Assembly (NCBI GenBank): GCA_030141605.1
Contig: JAQGDQ010001840.1
Span: forward strand, 1-14,789
DNA from: Tubiluchus corallicola
Taxonomy: Eukaryota; Animalia; Priapulida
DNA length: 14,789 nt
Reading direction: 5' to 3'
Shown one piece after another: positions 1 through 9,525 of this stretch. Below the pieces are notes generated by a model, which was not told the DNA's origin, ran no database searches, and saw only the letters and a list, made by a program, of their open reading frames with translations. Position numbers and translations under genes: made by a program. Position 1 is the first letter of the stretch. Each line of letters opens with the position of its first letter.

Positions 1-693
1 TAGTTTTGGCACCATACTGCATGTATTTGTAAACGGAACATATCACAAACAACACTGTACGTACATGGGAGTGTTTCGCAAAAAATCTGATGACTTTTTT
101 GCACTTGCTAGACTAGGGCCAAAGCAAACGAATGTTACTTTAAATTGTAAATCTAAGTAACTTGCACAAATGCGTATTATTAATTTGTCGGGCATCGTAT
201 CCATACAGTAAAAGCATTTGCAGCATAAGCAATGTGGCTGTGCATATTATATATCAGTAAGATACTTATAAGAAACCAGCACATTTAACAGCAGATTCAC
301 ACTAGCGAGTTTTCACAAACTCATTAACATGTTCAGACCAGAAAGCAAAACTTTGTACGAATTACTCTCCAACAGTAAGTGTGAGCTGACACCTGAAAAT
401 GACTCTCAGAAGTGTCGAGAGTAACTCACCAAGCGTTAACATTACACAATAAGTCAACTGTCGGAGAATTTGCAATAATTTGACAACAGTAACTCACAAA
501 GCAGTTCACACTTGCTAGTTTGCTGTCAGAGCAAAAACTCACATCAGATAACTCATAAATCTCAATGTGCTATAAGTGGTTTAGACACAATTCACAATAG
601 AAAATATATTTTGTGAACAGCAAAGGTTCGGCTGAATAAAAATCATTATAATAACTAGATGCTGAGACAATTTTCATTTTGATATGGCGCATA

Positions 694-2343
694 CAGTTCA
701 TCTGTTACACTCAAGACATGGTCGCAATTTGGCAAAGATAAGAGAAGGATAAAGTTTTAGTGCAGTTCATCTGTTACACTCAAGACATGGTCGCAATTTG
801 GCAAAGAAAAGAGAAGGATAAAGTTTTAGTGCAGTTCATCTGTTACACTCAAGACATGGTCGCAATTTGGCAAAGAAAAGAGAAGGATAAGGTTTTAGTG
901 CAGTTCATCTGTTACACTCAAGACATGGTCACAATTTGGCAAAGAAAAGAGAAGGATAAAGTTTTAGTGCAGTTCATCTGTTACACTCAAGACATGGTCG
1001 CAATTTGGCAAAGATAAGAGAAGGATAAAGTTTTAGTGCAGTTCATCTGTTACACTCAAGACATGGTCGCAATTTGGCAAAGAAAAGAGAAGGATAAGGT
1101 TTTAGTGCAGTTCATCTGTTACACTCAAGACATGGTCGCAATTTGGCAAAGATAAGAGAAGGATAAGGTTTTAGTGCAGTTCATCTGTTACACTCAAGAC
1201 ATGGTCACAATTTGGCAAAGATAAGAGAAGGATAACGTTTTAATGCAGTTCACCTGTTACACTCAAGACATGGTCACAATTTGGCAAAGATAAGAGAAGG
1301 ATAAAGTTTTAATGCAGTTCACCTGTTACACTCAAGACATGGTCACAATTTGGTAAAGAAAAGAGAAGGATAAAGTTTTAATGCAGTTCATCTGTTACAC
1401 TCAAGACATGGTCACAATTTGGTAAAGAAAAGAGAAGGATAAAGTTTTAATGCAGTTCATCTGTTACACTCAAGACATGGTCACAATTTGGCAAAGAAAA
1501 AAGAAGGGTAAAGTTTTAGTGCAGTTCATCTGTTACACTCAAGACATGGTCACAATTTGGTAAAGAAAAAAGAAGGGTAAAGTTTTAGTGCAGTTCATCT
1601 GTTACACTCAAGACATGGTCACAATTTGGCAAAGATAAGAGAAGGATAACTTTTTAGTGCAGTTCATCTGTTACACTCAAGACATGGTCACAATTTGGTA
1701 AAGAAAAGAGAAGGATAACGTTTTAGTGCAGTTCATCTGTTACACTCAAGACATGGTCACAATTTGGCAAAGAAAAGAGAAGGATAAAGTTTTAGTGCAG
1801 TTCATCTGTTACACTCAAGACATGGTCACAATTTGGCAAAGATAAGAGAAGGATAACGTTTTAGTGCAGTTCATCTGTTACACTCAAGACATGGTCACAA
1901 TTTGGCAAAGAAAAAAGAAGGGTAAAGTTTTAGTGCAGTTCATCTGTTACACTCAAGACATGGTCACAATTTGGTAAAGAAAAGAGAAGGATGACGTTTT
2001 AGTGCAGTTCATCTGTTACACTCAAGACATGGTCACAATTTGGCAAAGAAAAAAGAAGGATGACGTTTTAGTGCAGTTCATCTGTTACACTCAAGACATG
2101 GTCACAATTTGGCAAAGAAAAAAGAAGGGTAAAGTTTTAGTGCAGTTCATCTGTTACACTCAAGACATGGTCTTTGGGAAAAGAGAAGGATGACGTTTTA
2201 GTGCAGTTCATCTGTTACACTCAAGACATGGTCACAATTTGGCAAAGAAAAAAGAAGGATGACGTTTTAGTGCAGTTCATCTGTTACACTCAAGACATGG
2301 TCGCAATTTGGCAAAGAAAAAAGAAGGGTAAAGTTTTAGTGCA
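694..2343. repeat. 69-bp minisatellite, 24 copies
   Basis: Unit cagttcatctgttacactcaagacatggtc(a/g)caatttggcaaagaaaagagaaggataaagttttagtg starts at 694, 763, 832 ... 2143, 2204, 2273. The unit at 2143 is 8 bp short. Lies in syntrophin intron 2. Confidence 0.98.
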
Positions 2344-2744
2344 CTTCCCTAATTTATAATTCTTAGTTAGTGAAAAAAGACTCTTTAGGGTGCTAGTTTT
2401 GTAAAATGTAGTTTATGACCAACAAAATGGTTAGCAGTTGTTAGCCAAGTCCAAGGTTAGACAGTAAGGTAACAATCAAACAAATCACAGCAATTGACTT
2501 TCAACAGGGAATGACAATTACTTTTCCTCGTGCCGCAGTATCGCCTCCAAAAGTGTACTAACACTCAGACGAGAGCCTCTTTTCTGCTTACTACACATAC
2601 CACATGTGTTGATTGAATGATGGGCTTAACCTAACTGGATTTAGCCTTCTTCCTGGCATCGTGTATTAATGTCAATAGGCAACGTGAGCCGAGTTGTTTA
2701 CGCGCAAATATTATATTAGAATGATACGATATATTAGCCCACTC

Positions 2745-3049
2745 TTCTCAAGAGATTTGCATATGGCAAAAGGTCATTTGGAAGTATGTTAACATCATAG
2801 TATGCCAAGCTAATTTCTTTTTTGCGTTGCATTTCTGCTTTGAGTTGATTTTTGTTGCTTTTGCCTTTTTATACATACACAACCACCTAAAAAATGTCAT
2901 CACCCTGTGAATAAACTTGTATTTTTAATAAGGGGCAGCTGACCAAGTGACCAATAGGTCCTTCTCAGCTGCAATGAAATGTAAAAATAATTACGATGAA
3001 TTTTAACTGCTATTGAGAAAATAAAATTGAATTGAATTGATTGAAATTG
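2745..3049 (+). mobile_element. 3' end relic of a LINE (CR1/L2-like)
   Basis: aataaa (3020-3025) directly followed by an (attga)n tail, an upstream gcagctga...tcagctgc stem-loop, and a YGKRSF peptide remnant near 2762 reminiscent of LINE ORF2 C-termini. The left boundary is uncertain. Confidence 0.45.
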
Positions 3050-4656
3050 CTAGCATAGCTGGAAAATTTGCATTTTGATGTTGTTTTAATTCACCTTTAA
3101 ATGCTTTTTCAAAATTAAATTTGCTTAGAACGAAATACTTTTAATTTAAAACTTGAAATCAAAAATAATTAGAATGCTACACCTTTATGAAGAAAAAAAT
3201 CAAGTAAATCTTTCGGGAAATACTAGTTTTACCGCATGTTATAATGATCACAGGAAATTATTGTGTTAAAGGCTGTTAAAAATTATAATTTTTGGCATTA
3301 CATTTATAAAATTCGTATATTAAAATTATTCCTTTTTATTGTATACATTTCAGCAATAAGTGCATGTGTGCTATGATACTGGATAACGATATTAAAAATC
3401 TGGAAAATACTTTACTTACACAAAGCTAAAAAAAATTCTTGAAATTTTGTATCAAGTACACGCTGTCTTATTGTTCACAGAGCCTGTATTGCCAGCAATG
3501 CTGTATAAAAGTTGAAAATTTAAACCCCTGCTATGACCCTTACATGCAACCATTTTAAAGGCAAGTCATAGCACAAACCTCGATATCTAAACAAAAGTAT
3601 AAATTACTTTTTTTATATTGTCAATAAGATCAATAATGTTTTTTTTGGCGAGTCAGAGATACACCCTGGGATACAGTGACATTTTACCAGTTGGCAAAAA
3701 TATTTTAACTTACTAATAATTTTCTTTTCTAATTACGAGTTTTTTAAATAGGGTGCATAATGTTAAATAATATAACTTTGTATGGAAAGTCTTGTTGAGA
3801 CAAACTTTGAAACTCCCTTTTCTTCCCCTTTATAGTATATTAATACTTTAGTTGAAATGTAACTCTCTTCCAGACCTCATTCACTGCACTTGTTTCAGTT
3901 TTTGTAAGTACAGCTGATTTTATTCAACACAGAGCAAAATAGGTATTTATTTTGGGAACCCTTGGCGGTGAACTTGTTGTGTATGCAAGGAAATTGCTTT
4001 AACTAAATTTGGTAAAATGTGGTACTGACTCAATACTGCACTTAAAAACTGGCCTCATTAATTTTGCTGGCACTTAGTGCCATTATAAGATTTAAACAAT
4101 TGGAACAAGCTGTTGCAAAACTGAAGATCTGTCCCCTTGGGCAGTCTATTTGTTAAAGGTTTGCAGCCAGGAGATTGGTGCATAGTATTTTTTGTTTCAC
4201 ATATTAAATTATGCAGCTCATTGATTCTTGCAGTAGTATTTATAGCTGCAATAAACTCTATTCAACTGTAACTAGCAATATATCAAGGTGGCATTCTTTG
4301 TATTTCACTTGCAAAAAGCTTGCCCAAGGTGATTTGTATTAATTAGCATGCCAAAATGGAAGCTATAGAAGTGTACAGGGGCAGATCCACGACACTGAAG
4401 AAGAAAAATTTCTTTGGCACATCTTGGTGATATAGTGGCTTTTGCAAAGTATGTTCTAGCAATGTAGACTTCTTAGAAATGGGCATAGATGAAGGTGCAC
4501 TCCTAACAGACGACAGTTGTTCTTAAAACCTATTTCATACCTAATGTTGCATTGACTTGCCAATGAACAATGTGATAATGAAGACTTACCCAAAGCAGTA
4601 AATATTGTAGCAGCAAAGAGAGAAATCAAGCTAATCTGCTCTTTTATTTCGTTTTT

Positions 4657-4692
4657 TATTACTTATTATTACTTATTACCTTTATTACTTAT
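4657..4692. repeat. Imperfect (TTATTAC)n simple repeat
   Basis: ttattacttattattacttattacctttattactta seen directly. Confidence 0.7.
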
Positions 4693-4806
4693 TTCTAGAT
4701 ATGCATAATATTGCATATATGTGGAGGCATTCAAGTTACAAACACCCCTGTGATAATTATGGAGAATCTGTTTCTATTTTTTAAAGAACTATTTTGACAG
4801 TTTTTC

Positions 4807-4866
4807 AGCGCAGTAGCGCAGTTGTTAGTACAGTTGGCCAGCAATGAGGTCCCGGTTCAATCACGA
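4807..4866 (+). mobile_element. Degenerate tRNA-derived SINE head or tRNA pseudogene fragment
   Basis: Box A-like tagcgcagttgtt (4814) and box B-like ggttcaatcac (4854) at Pol III promoter spacing; no complete cloverleaf. Confidence 0.55.
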
Positions 4867-4929
4867 TTTTTATACATGTCTAATGTTTATAATACAAAGA
4901 CGTGTTTGTTAGTAATTAATCATACATAC

Positions 4930-5110
4930 CTTTTCGCATAACCAACCCATATGGTTGATTCTGCTGCTGTCTGGCACATTTTTGAGCATTACATTTGCTT
5001 CTTCCGTAGCTTGGGTATTCAACATGCTAAGATTTGAATATATTGCGTTGAACCAGAGGTTTGCCTCAGCCGCATCTTGACAGCGAAGTATGCACGAGTG
5101 TCTTCCATCA
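4930..5110 (-). CDS. SNTB1-like: Syntrophin, second coding exon (end of PH1, start of PH2); gene continues beyond the left window edge
   Basis: Acceptor ttttacttctag|T is phase-compatible with exon 1, giving LELHSSDGRHSCILRCQDAAEANLWFNAIYSNL...INHMGWLCEK. Phase-0 donor AAG|GTATGT at 4929. No further syntrophin exon recognised in 1-4929. Confidence 0.92.
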
Positions 5111-5565
5111 CTAGAAGTAAAACAGGCCAATCATGACAGGTTTTCCAAAGTTGCAACAAAAGTTGTTATGGCGTATGCATTTCAGTTTTTTTATAGGGTT
5201 AACAGAAAACAACTATCTTCGGTATTAGCAGAAATGCTTCCGAACATTAAGTGCATTCGGATTTAGTGCAATATCCATACAATTGCTGAAAAATACAGAA
5301 CTATATCTTGGTATGCAGTGTTCCTCGGGCTTTCATCAAATTCAGTTTCTACTGCTACAGTATTGATGAAAATTAACAAATGTACTGATCAAAATGCAAA
5401 CAGATGGCGCTTACAAAATCTGTTCGTGTTCTTGCGTATTTTTTGTGCCAACTAATAATAATGACAATAATTTGATCTTCTAGATTGATTTGATAAAACT
5501 GTGTTACATATAAAATTTGATTCCACCATTGTGCTACTGCTGCTCCTGTTACAATTTCTTTAGTT

Positions 5566-6115
5566 TGTAACTCTTTCCATCATGTATTGGTGTGTACATT
5601 GTGGCATGCTTGCATTTGTCTGTAACTCTTTCCATCATGTATTGGTGTGTACATTGTGGCATGCTTGCATTTGTCTGTAACTCTTTCCATCATTTATTGG
5701 TGTGTACATCGTGGCATGCTTGCATTTGTCTGTAACTCTTTCCATAATGTATTGGTGTGTACATCGTGGCATGCTTGCATTCGTCTGTAACTCTTTCCAT
5801 CATGTATTGGTGTGTACATTGTGGCATGCTTGCATTAGTCTGTAACTCTTTCCATCATGTATCGGTGTGTACATTGTGGCATGCTTGCATTCGTCTGTAA
5901 CTCTTTCCATCATGTATCGGTGTGTACATTGTGGCATGCTTGCATTAGTCTGTAACTCTTTCCATCATGTATCGGTGTGTACATTGTGGCATGCTTGCAT
6001 TTGTCTGTAACTCTTTCCATAATGTATTGGTGTGTACATTGTGGCATGCTTGCATTTGTCTGTAACTCTTTCCATCATTTATTGGTGTGTACAATGTGGC
6101 ATGCTTGCATTCGTC
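5566..6115. repeat. 55-bp minisatellite, 10 copies
   Basis: Unit tgtaactctttccatcatgtattggtgtgtacattgtggcatgcttgcatttgtc at 5566, 5621 ... 6061. Lies in syntrophin intron 1. Confidence 0.98.
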
Positions 6116-6293
6116 GATTAACTAACAGCTTTATAATAACATCCTCAAAAACTGAACTTTGCACACACGTACAGGAAATTTATACATTTTTGCCAACATG
6201 AATCATTTGGAGTGCTTGTTTTTTTTTTTGGTGTCGAGGCAGCATTGTTTCGGTTACTCTTCAAGGATTTTGTTCCCAAACATTATCCCTGAC

Positions 6294-6661
6294 CAGGGCA
6301 GATTAAGACCTCAAGAGGCCCTAAGCAGTGAAAAGATCATGATACATGCGTAATACTAAAACAATACTAAACTGTAAGTTGAAATTTTGCCTTCCGAAAT
6401 GAAAAAGGAAATTGCAGTAAGATTTATTTACAGTAAATGCTAGGGCATCAGATTTATATTATTTAAAAAGGTGACATTAGACTGAAAATACAGGAACATC
6501 TCTAAATCTTATAAAGGCACAACCATTCAGCATATCTGCCGCCACATATGTTTTGGTATATTTTACTTTTGAGTAATTATTCAATTTGAAAACTGCATGG
6601 GTCCCCTTTTCCCTGAGGCACTAAACACGTGCTCATTTTGCTCAATTGTTAATCCAGGGTA
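6294..6661. mobile_element. Decayed MITE, possibly hAT-type
   Basis: Ends cagggcagattaa and ttaatccagggta are a degenerate inverted pair. Subterminal direct repeat gaggccctaagca / gaggcactaaaca. Flanking 8-mers tccctgac and cttctgac share their last 5 bases, a possible decayed target-site duplication. Confidence 0.6.
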
Positions 6662-6778
6662 CTTCTGACACGGGTTCTTTGCTGTTAATGTTTACACGTG
6701 TGTGTCATTTGTTAGTAACTTAGTAACATGATTTTATGTGGCAATAACAATACTAACAAATCTACAGTATGCGCTTAC

Positions 6779-7455
6779 CTGGAATGTAACTCGAGTGTCC
6801 TCATGTCAGGGTCTGGCATGCTGAGGTTTCTTGTTAAATAACAAAGCTTTAGTGGCACATTTTTACTATCGGAGCGAGCGCTTCTTGTCGGAGTGCCGCC
6901 GTGATCTTTTGGCAAGAAAGTGTGCGTGGTGTCCCAGCCGACTTCTGAGAGTATGGTAGTCTTCCTGAAATACGGGGTGACTTCACGGAGGTACTTTACC
7001 TCCAAGTCTACAATTTTACCGGCTCGCTTTAGTGCTCTCACTGCCTCGTCGTGCGTTGCATCTCTTAAATCCTCTTGATTTACCCTAAGAATGGCATCGC
7101 CAACGTACAATTGATGGGTCAAGTCAGCTGCCATACCTTTGAAAATTTTACTAATTAATATTGGCATTTTGTTCTCCTTGCCACCCTTGATACTGATGCC
7201 CAGGCCATTGTTCTCTTGTTTCACGATTCTCACAGTTCTCTTTTGATTTGCTATGCTTTCTGGTAATTGATCGAATCCGTGCGACACTTCATTTTCGTTT
7301 AGATCCCCTCCGCCATGACCGTTTGTCGTTGCTTCGTATTTTTGGTCCAGCCCCAACGTGAAATGATCGTCGTTCAGCGTCACAAATACCTTGTACCACT
7401 GCTGACGACAATACACCTCCAACAAACCGCTGCGTTCCACTCCTAATCCAGCCAT
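6779..7455 (-). CDS. SNTB1-like: Syntrophin (beta-1/Syn1-like), first coding exon: PH1a, PDZ, PH1b
   Basis: ATG at 7455 in good Kozak context (aagATGg). Translation [14 protein letters not shown]...[39 protein letters not shown]...LYVGDAIL...[31 protein letters not shown] is the recognisable alpha/beta-syntrophin PDZ region. Ends at the phase-2 donor AG|GTAAGC (intron starts at 6778). Confidence 0.95.
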
Positions 7456-7589
7456 CTTGATTGTGTTCACTACAACATTAATCGTCACACCCTCCCAGCT
7501 TTGTCAGCTTGTTACGATGGCAGATAGTCAGATACAGCGCGTGCAATATTTGTACACAAACGATCAACGCTGCTGGGTAAATACCGCTG

Positions 7590-7605
7590 TGCTGCCATCT
7601 GCAGA
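7590..7605 (-). promoter_or_regulatory. CTCF-like motif upstream of the syntrophin start codon
   Basis: TCTGCAGATGGCAGCA has two mismatches to the CTCF core, about 135 bp upstream of the ATG. Confidence 0.35.
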
Positions 7606-7819
7606 CGAGTTTAGCAAGCTTTGAATTGCACAGCGAAATGCAGTGCTGTATAAAATGTTACATTTTTATATTTTAGTCTTTGTAGCGAAGCTGGTTTGCA
7701 CAGTGGAAGATGAAAACTTGATTTGATTAACTGCATCGTTAGATTATATGTAATAAGCCTGTGTTTTATTTATGCATAACCTTCATTTCGAGGTTGGTAA
7801 ACTAATTTGGTGATTATCA

Positions 7820-7887
7820 GAGTAATCTTATCTAGTGGTCATGGTGTTCGTCTTGTAAGTGAAAGATCCTTAGTTCAAATCCAGGCC
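7820..7887 (+). mobile_element. Degenerate tRNA-derived SINE head
   Basis: Box A-like tatctagtggt (7829) and box B-like agttcaaatcc (7872); no intact acceptor stem. Confidence 0.5.
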
Positions 7888-7990
7888 TTTTACCACTTTT
7901 ACCTACTTCTTTTCACATATCCTTTTTTGACGAGTTTGTTTCAAATTTGGTTCATACCGTAATTATATACATTTTTTGTTGTTGTTGTAG

Positions 7991-8190
7991 ACACTCTGCA
8001 CAGGACACACACGAACAGCTCTTCGGATCTCTCCATGCATCCCTGGTTTCATGGGACGCTGTCACGCATCGAGGCAGCACAACTAGTCTTAAACAGCGGC
8101 CATGCCAGGCACGGTGTATTCCTTATTCGGCAGAGTGAAACACGCAAGGGGGAGTACGTGTTGACCTTCAACTTTCAAGGTCGCGCCAAG
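7991..8190 (+). CDS. SH2B-like: SH2B-family adaptor (SH2B1/APS/Lnk-like), penultimate coding exon, N-terminal half of the SH2 domain
   Basis: Acceptor ttgttgttgtag| and donor AAG|GTGGGT. The frame, which is not the one in the supplied ORF track, reads ...[56 protein letters not shown], with the SH2 FLIR(Q)S motif and sequence typical of SH2B. Confidence 0.93.
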
Positions 8191-8324
8191 GTGGGTACTG
8201 AGCACTGAATTGGCTCTTGACTGTAAGGCAGTGCTCATGTGTCTGTTTTATATTTTTTGTATTGCGTTTGTCGCTAGAAACGAAAGAAAAGAATAGAATG
8301 AAATTTCATTTTTATCGTTTAGGC

Positions 8325-8340
8325 TCACTAGGTGGCAGTA
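8325..8340 (+). promoter_or_regulatory. CTCF-like motif
   Basis: TCACTAGGTGGCAGTA matches the CCASYAGRKGGCRS core with one mismatch. Motif match only. Confidence 0.45.
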
Positions 8341-8499
8341 TGTGTAGCTGAGGGAAGAGAGCTCTGTGAATGAATCGTAGTGTGTGACAGGAAAATAACT
8401 CAGGCAGTATTTTTCAATAAATTAAACTGTTGAGTTTTTAAGTAATAAAACATACGTTACGTTATTATTTATGCTAAGCTAAACTTAAAAGTTAAAGAA

Positions 8500-8561
8500 A
8501 ACTTCCAGAATTTGGTGCCTTGGGCAACTGCCTAGTTTGCCTAGTGGTAGAGCCAGTCCTG
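8500..8561. mobile_element. Right end of a MITE-like element
   Basis: ggtgccttgggcaactgcctagtttgcctagtggtagagccagtcctg has the tandem tgcctagt subterminal motif and a terminus resembling CAGGGCCGGCTCTA-type MITEs; the partner end was not found. Confidence 0.45.
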
Positions 8562-8701
8562 GCCACCCCAAGAACCAGCTTGCTAACTAATCGTAGCATG
8601 TTCTTTTAAAGCTGTTTATGTTGAGATATGGCATCAGCTGATATTACAGAGGATTTTGATTTGGCAGCAGAGTCTCGGTAGAACCCTGATATGTCAAACA
8701 C

Positions 8702-8732
<31 letters not shown>

Positions 8733-8742
8733 TAATAATAAT
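8702..8742. repeat. (AAT)n microsatellite, the SINE tail
   Basis: About 13 AAT units with one interruption. Confidence 0.95.
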
Positions 8743-8995
8743 CTTTATTTAAAGTCGGCTTTTGGATCAACAATTAACATTAGCTTAAAGAGCTATTATC
8801 GCCGACTGTAAATAACAACCTACAACTACATAACAGAGACTATTATTACCCCACTTTTACCCTAAATACCACGCGTCAGGCAGGGCAACAGCAGGTACCA
8901 TTTTTAAAGTCTTTGGTATGACCCAGCCGCTGTATCGAACTTACGACCTCCCAGACGGAAAACAGACGCATTACCACTAGACTAAACTGTCTGGT
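8702..8995 (-). mobile_element. tRNA-derived SINE, near full length, with (ATT)n tail
   Basis: On the minus strand: box A tagtctagtggt (8984-8973), box B agttcgatac (8941-8932), then gggtcataccaaagactttaaaaatggtacctgctgttgcc, then aataaag followed by an (att)n tail at 8742-8702. From memory the central part resembles the MetaSINE conserved domain; this was not database-checked. Confidence 0.85.
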
Positions 8996-9137
8996 CAAAA
9001 TGAATGAGCGAAAGGCTGCCTAGCTGGAAAGATTGGCGGCTAAATGCGTGATCGAATGAATGAATTCAATTATGATATGTGAGTGAATTAGTGAATACAG
9101 CGAATTAAGTTTTAACAATTGTACTTCTTTCTTACAG

Positions 9138-9494
9138 CATCTGCGTATGACCATTAACTCTGACGGTCAGTGCAGAGTCCAGCACTTGTGGTTTCAGACG
9201 GTATTCGACATGTTGGAGCATTTCCGCACCCACCCCATTCCACTAGAGTCCGGCGGCATCTCCGACGTCACGTTGACGGAGTTTATACGGTGTGCCAGCC
9301 CCAGTGTGATAACTCGGCGAATTGGACACGGCGTCGGAGGGTACTTAGATGGGGCTAGCAACCGCACCACGCCTCACGGTAGCTCCGCACAGCTAGATGA
9401 AGTCACAGCGGGAGAAGCTAACGGCAACACAAATCATAACAATCCGAATCACGGCAACGGTCGAGCCATTGAGAATATGTACTCGTTCATCTGA
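9138..9494 (+). CDS. SH2B-like: SH2B-family adaptor, last coding exon (rest of SH2 domain and C-terminal tail)
   Basis: Acceptor ttctttcttacag|CAT, phase 0, joins to give [44 protein letters not shown]. Ends [10 protein letters not shown]-stop (TGA 9492-9494), matching the SH2B C-terminal tyrosine motif. Confidence 0.94.
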   Translation, partial: HLRMTINSDGQCRVQHLWFQTVFDMLEHFRTHPIPLESGGISDVTLTEFIRCASPSVITRRIGHGVGGYLDGASNRTTPHGSSAQLDEVTAGEANGNTNHNNPNHGNGRAIENMYSFI

Positions 9495-9525
9495 CAACGA
9501 CTGAAATCCTAGCTGCACTACTGGT

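Noticed and set aside
290-585. Dispersed ttcacact and aactc motifs suggesting an old MITE
   Set aside because: Direct repeats are visible at about 291 and 501, but no terminal inverted repeats or target duplication could be defined.
694-2359. Repetitive ORFs (VQFICYTQDMVAIWQRKEKDKVL)n, or a CRISPR-like array
   Set aside because: The 69-bp period is a multiple of 3, so ORFs arise trivially, and many units contain in-frame TAA. Units are contiguous with no unique spacers, there are no cas genes, and the context is a eukaryotic intron.
3350-3670. Possible DNA-transposon relic with a 9-bp inverted repeat (3529-3537 and 3565-3573)
   Set aside because: Too degenerate to delimit or classify without a repeat library.
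4000-4650. Possible decayed LINE ORF2 fragment or third syntrophin exon
   Set aside because: No sustained open frame and no recognisable PH2 or reverse-transcriptase motif seen.
4807-4866. Functional tRNA gene (also considered for 7820-7887 and 8925-8995)
   Set aside because: A and B boxes are present but no full cloverleaf can be drawn; better explained as SINE heads.
7456-7488. ORF-track N-terminal extension of syntrophin ([11 protein letters not shown])
   Set aside because: Starts at GTG; the eukaryotic start is the ATG at 7455 with good Kozak context.
7517-7624. Short plus-strand ORF MADSQIQRVQY... as a possible SH2B first exon
   Set aside because: Its candidate donor (TGG|GTAAAT) is phase 0, but the exon at 7991 needs phase 1, and there is no similarity to SH2B N-termini.
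7947-8138. 63-aa ORF from the track
   Set aside because: Wrong frame over the SH2B exon; the SH2 domain is in another frame bounded by splice sites.
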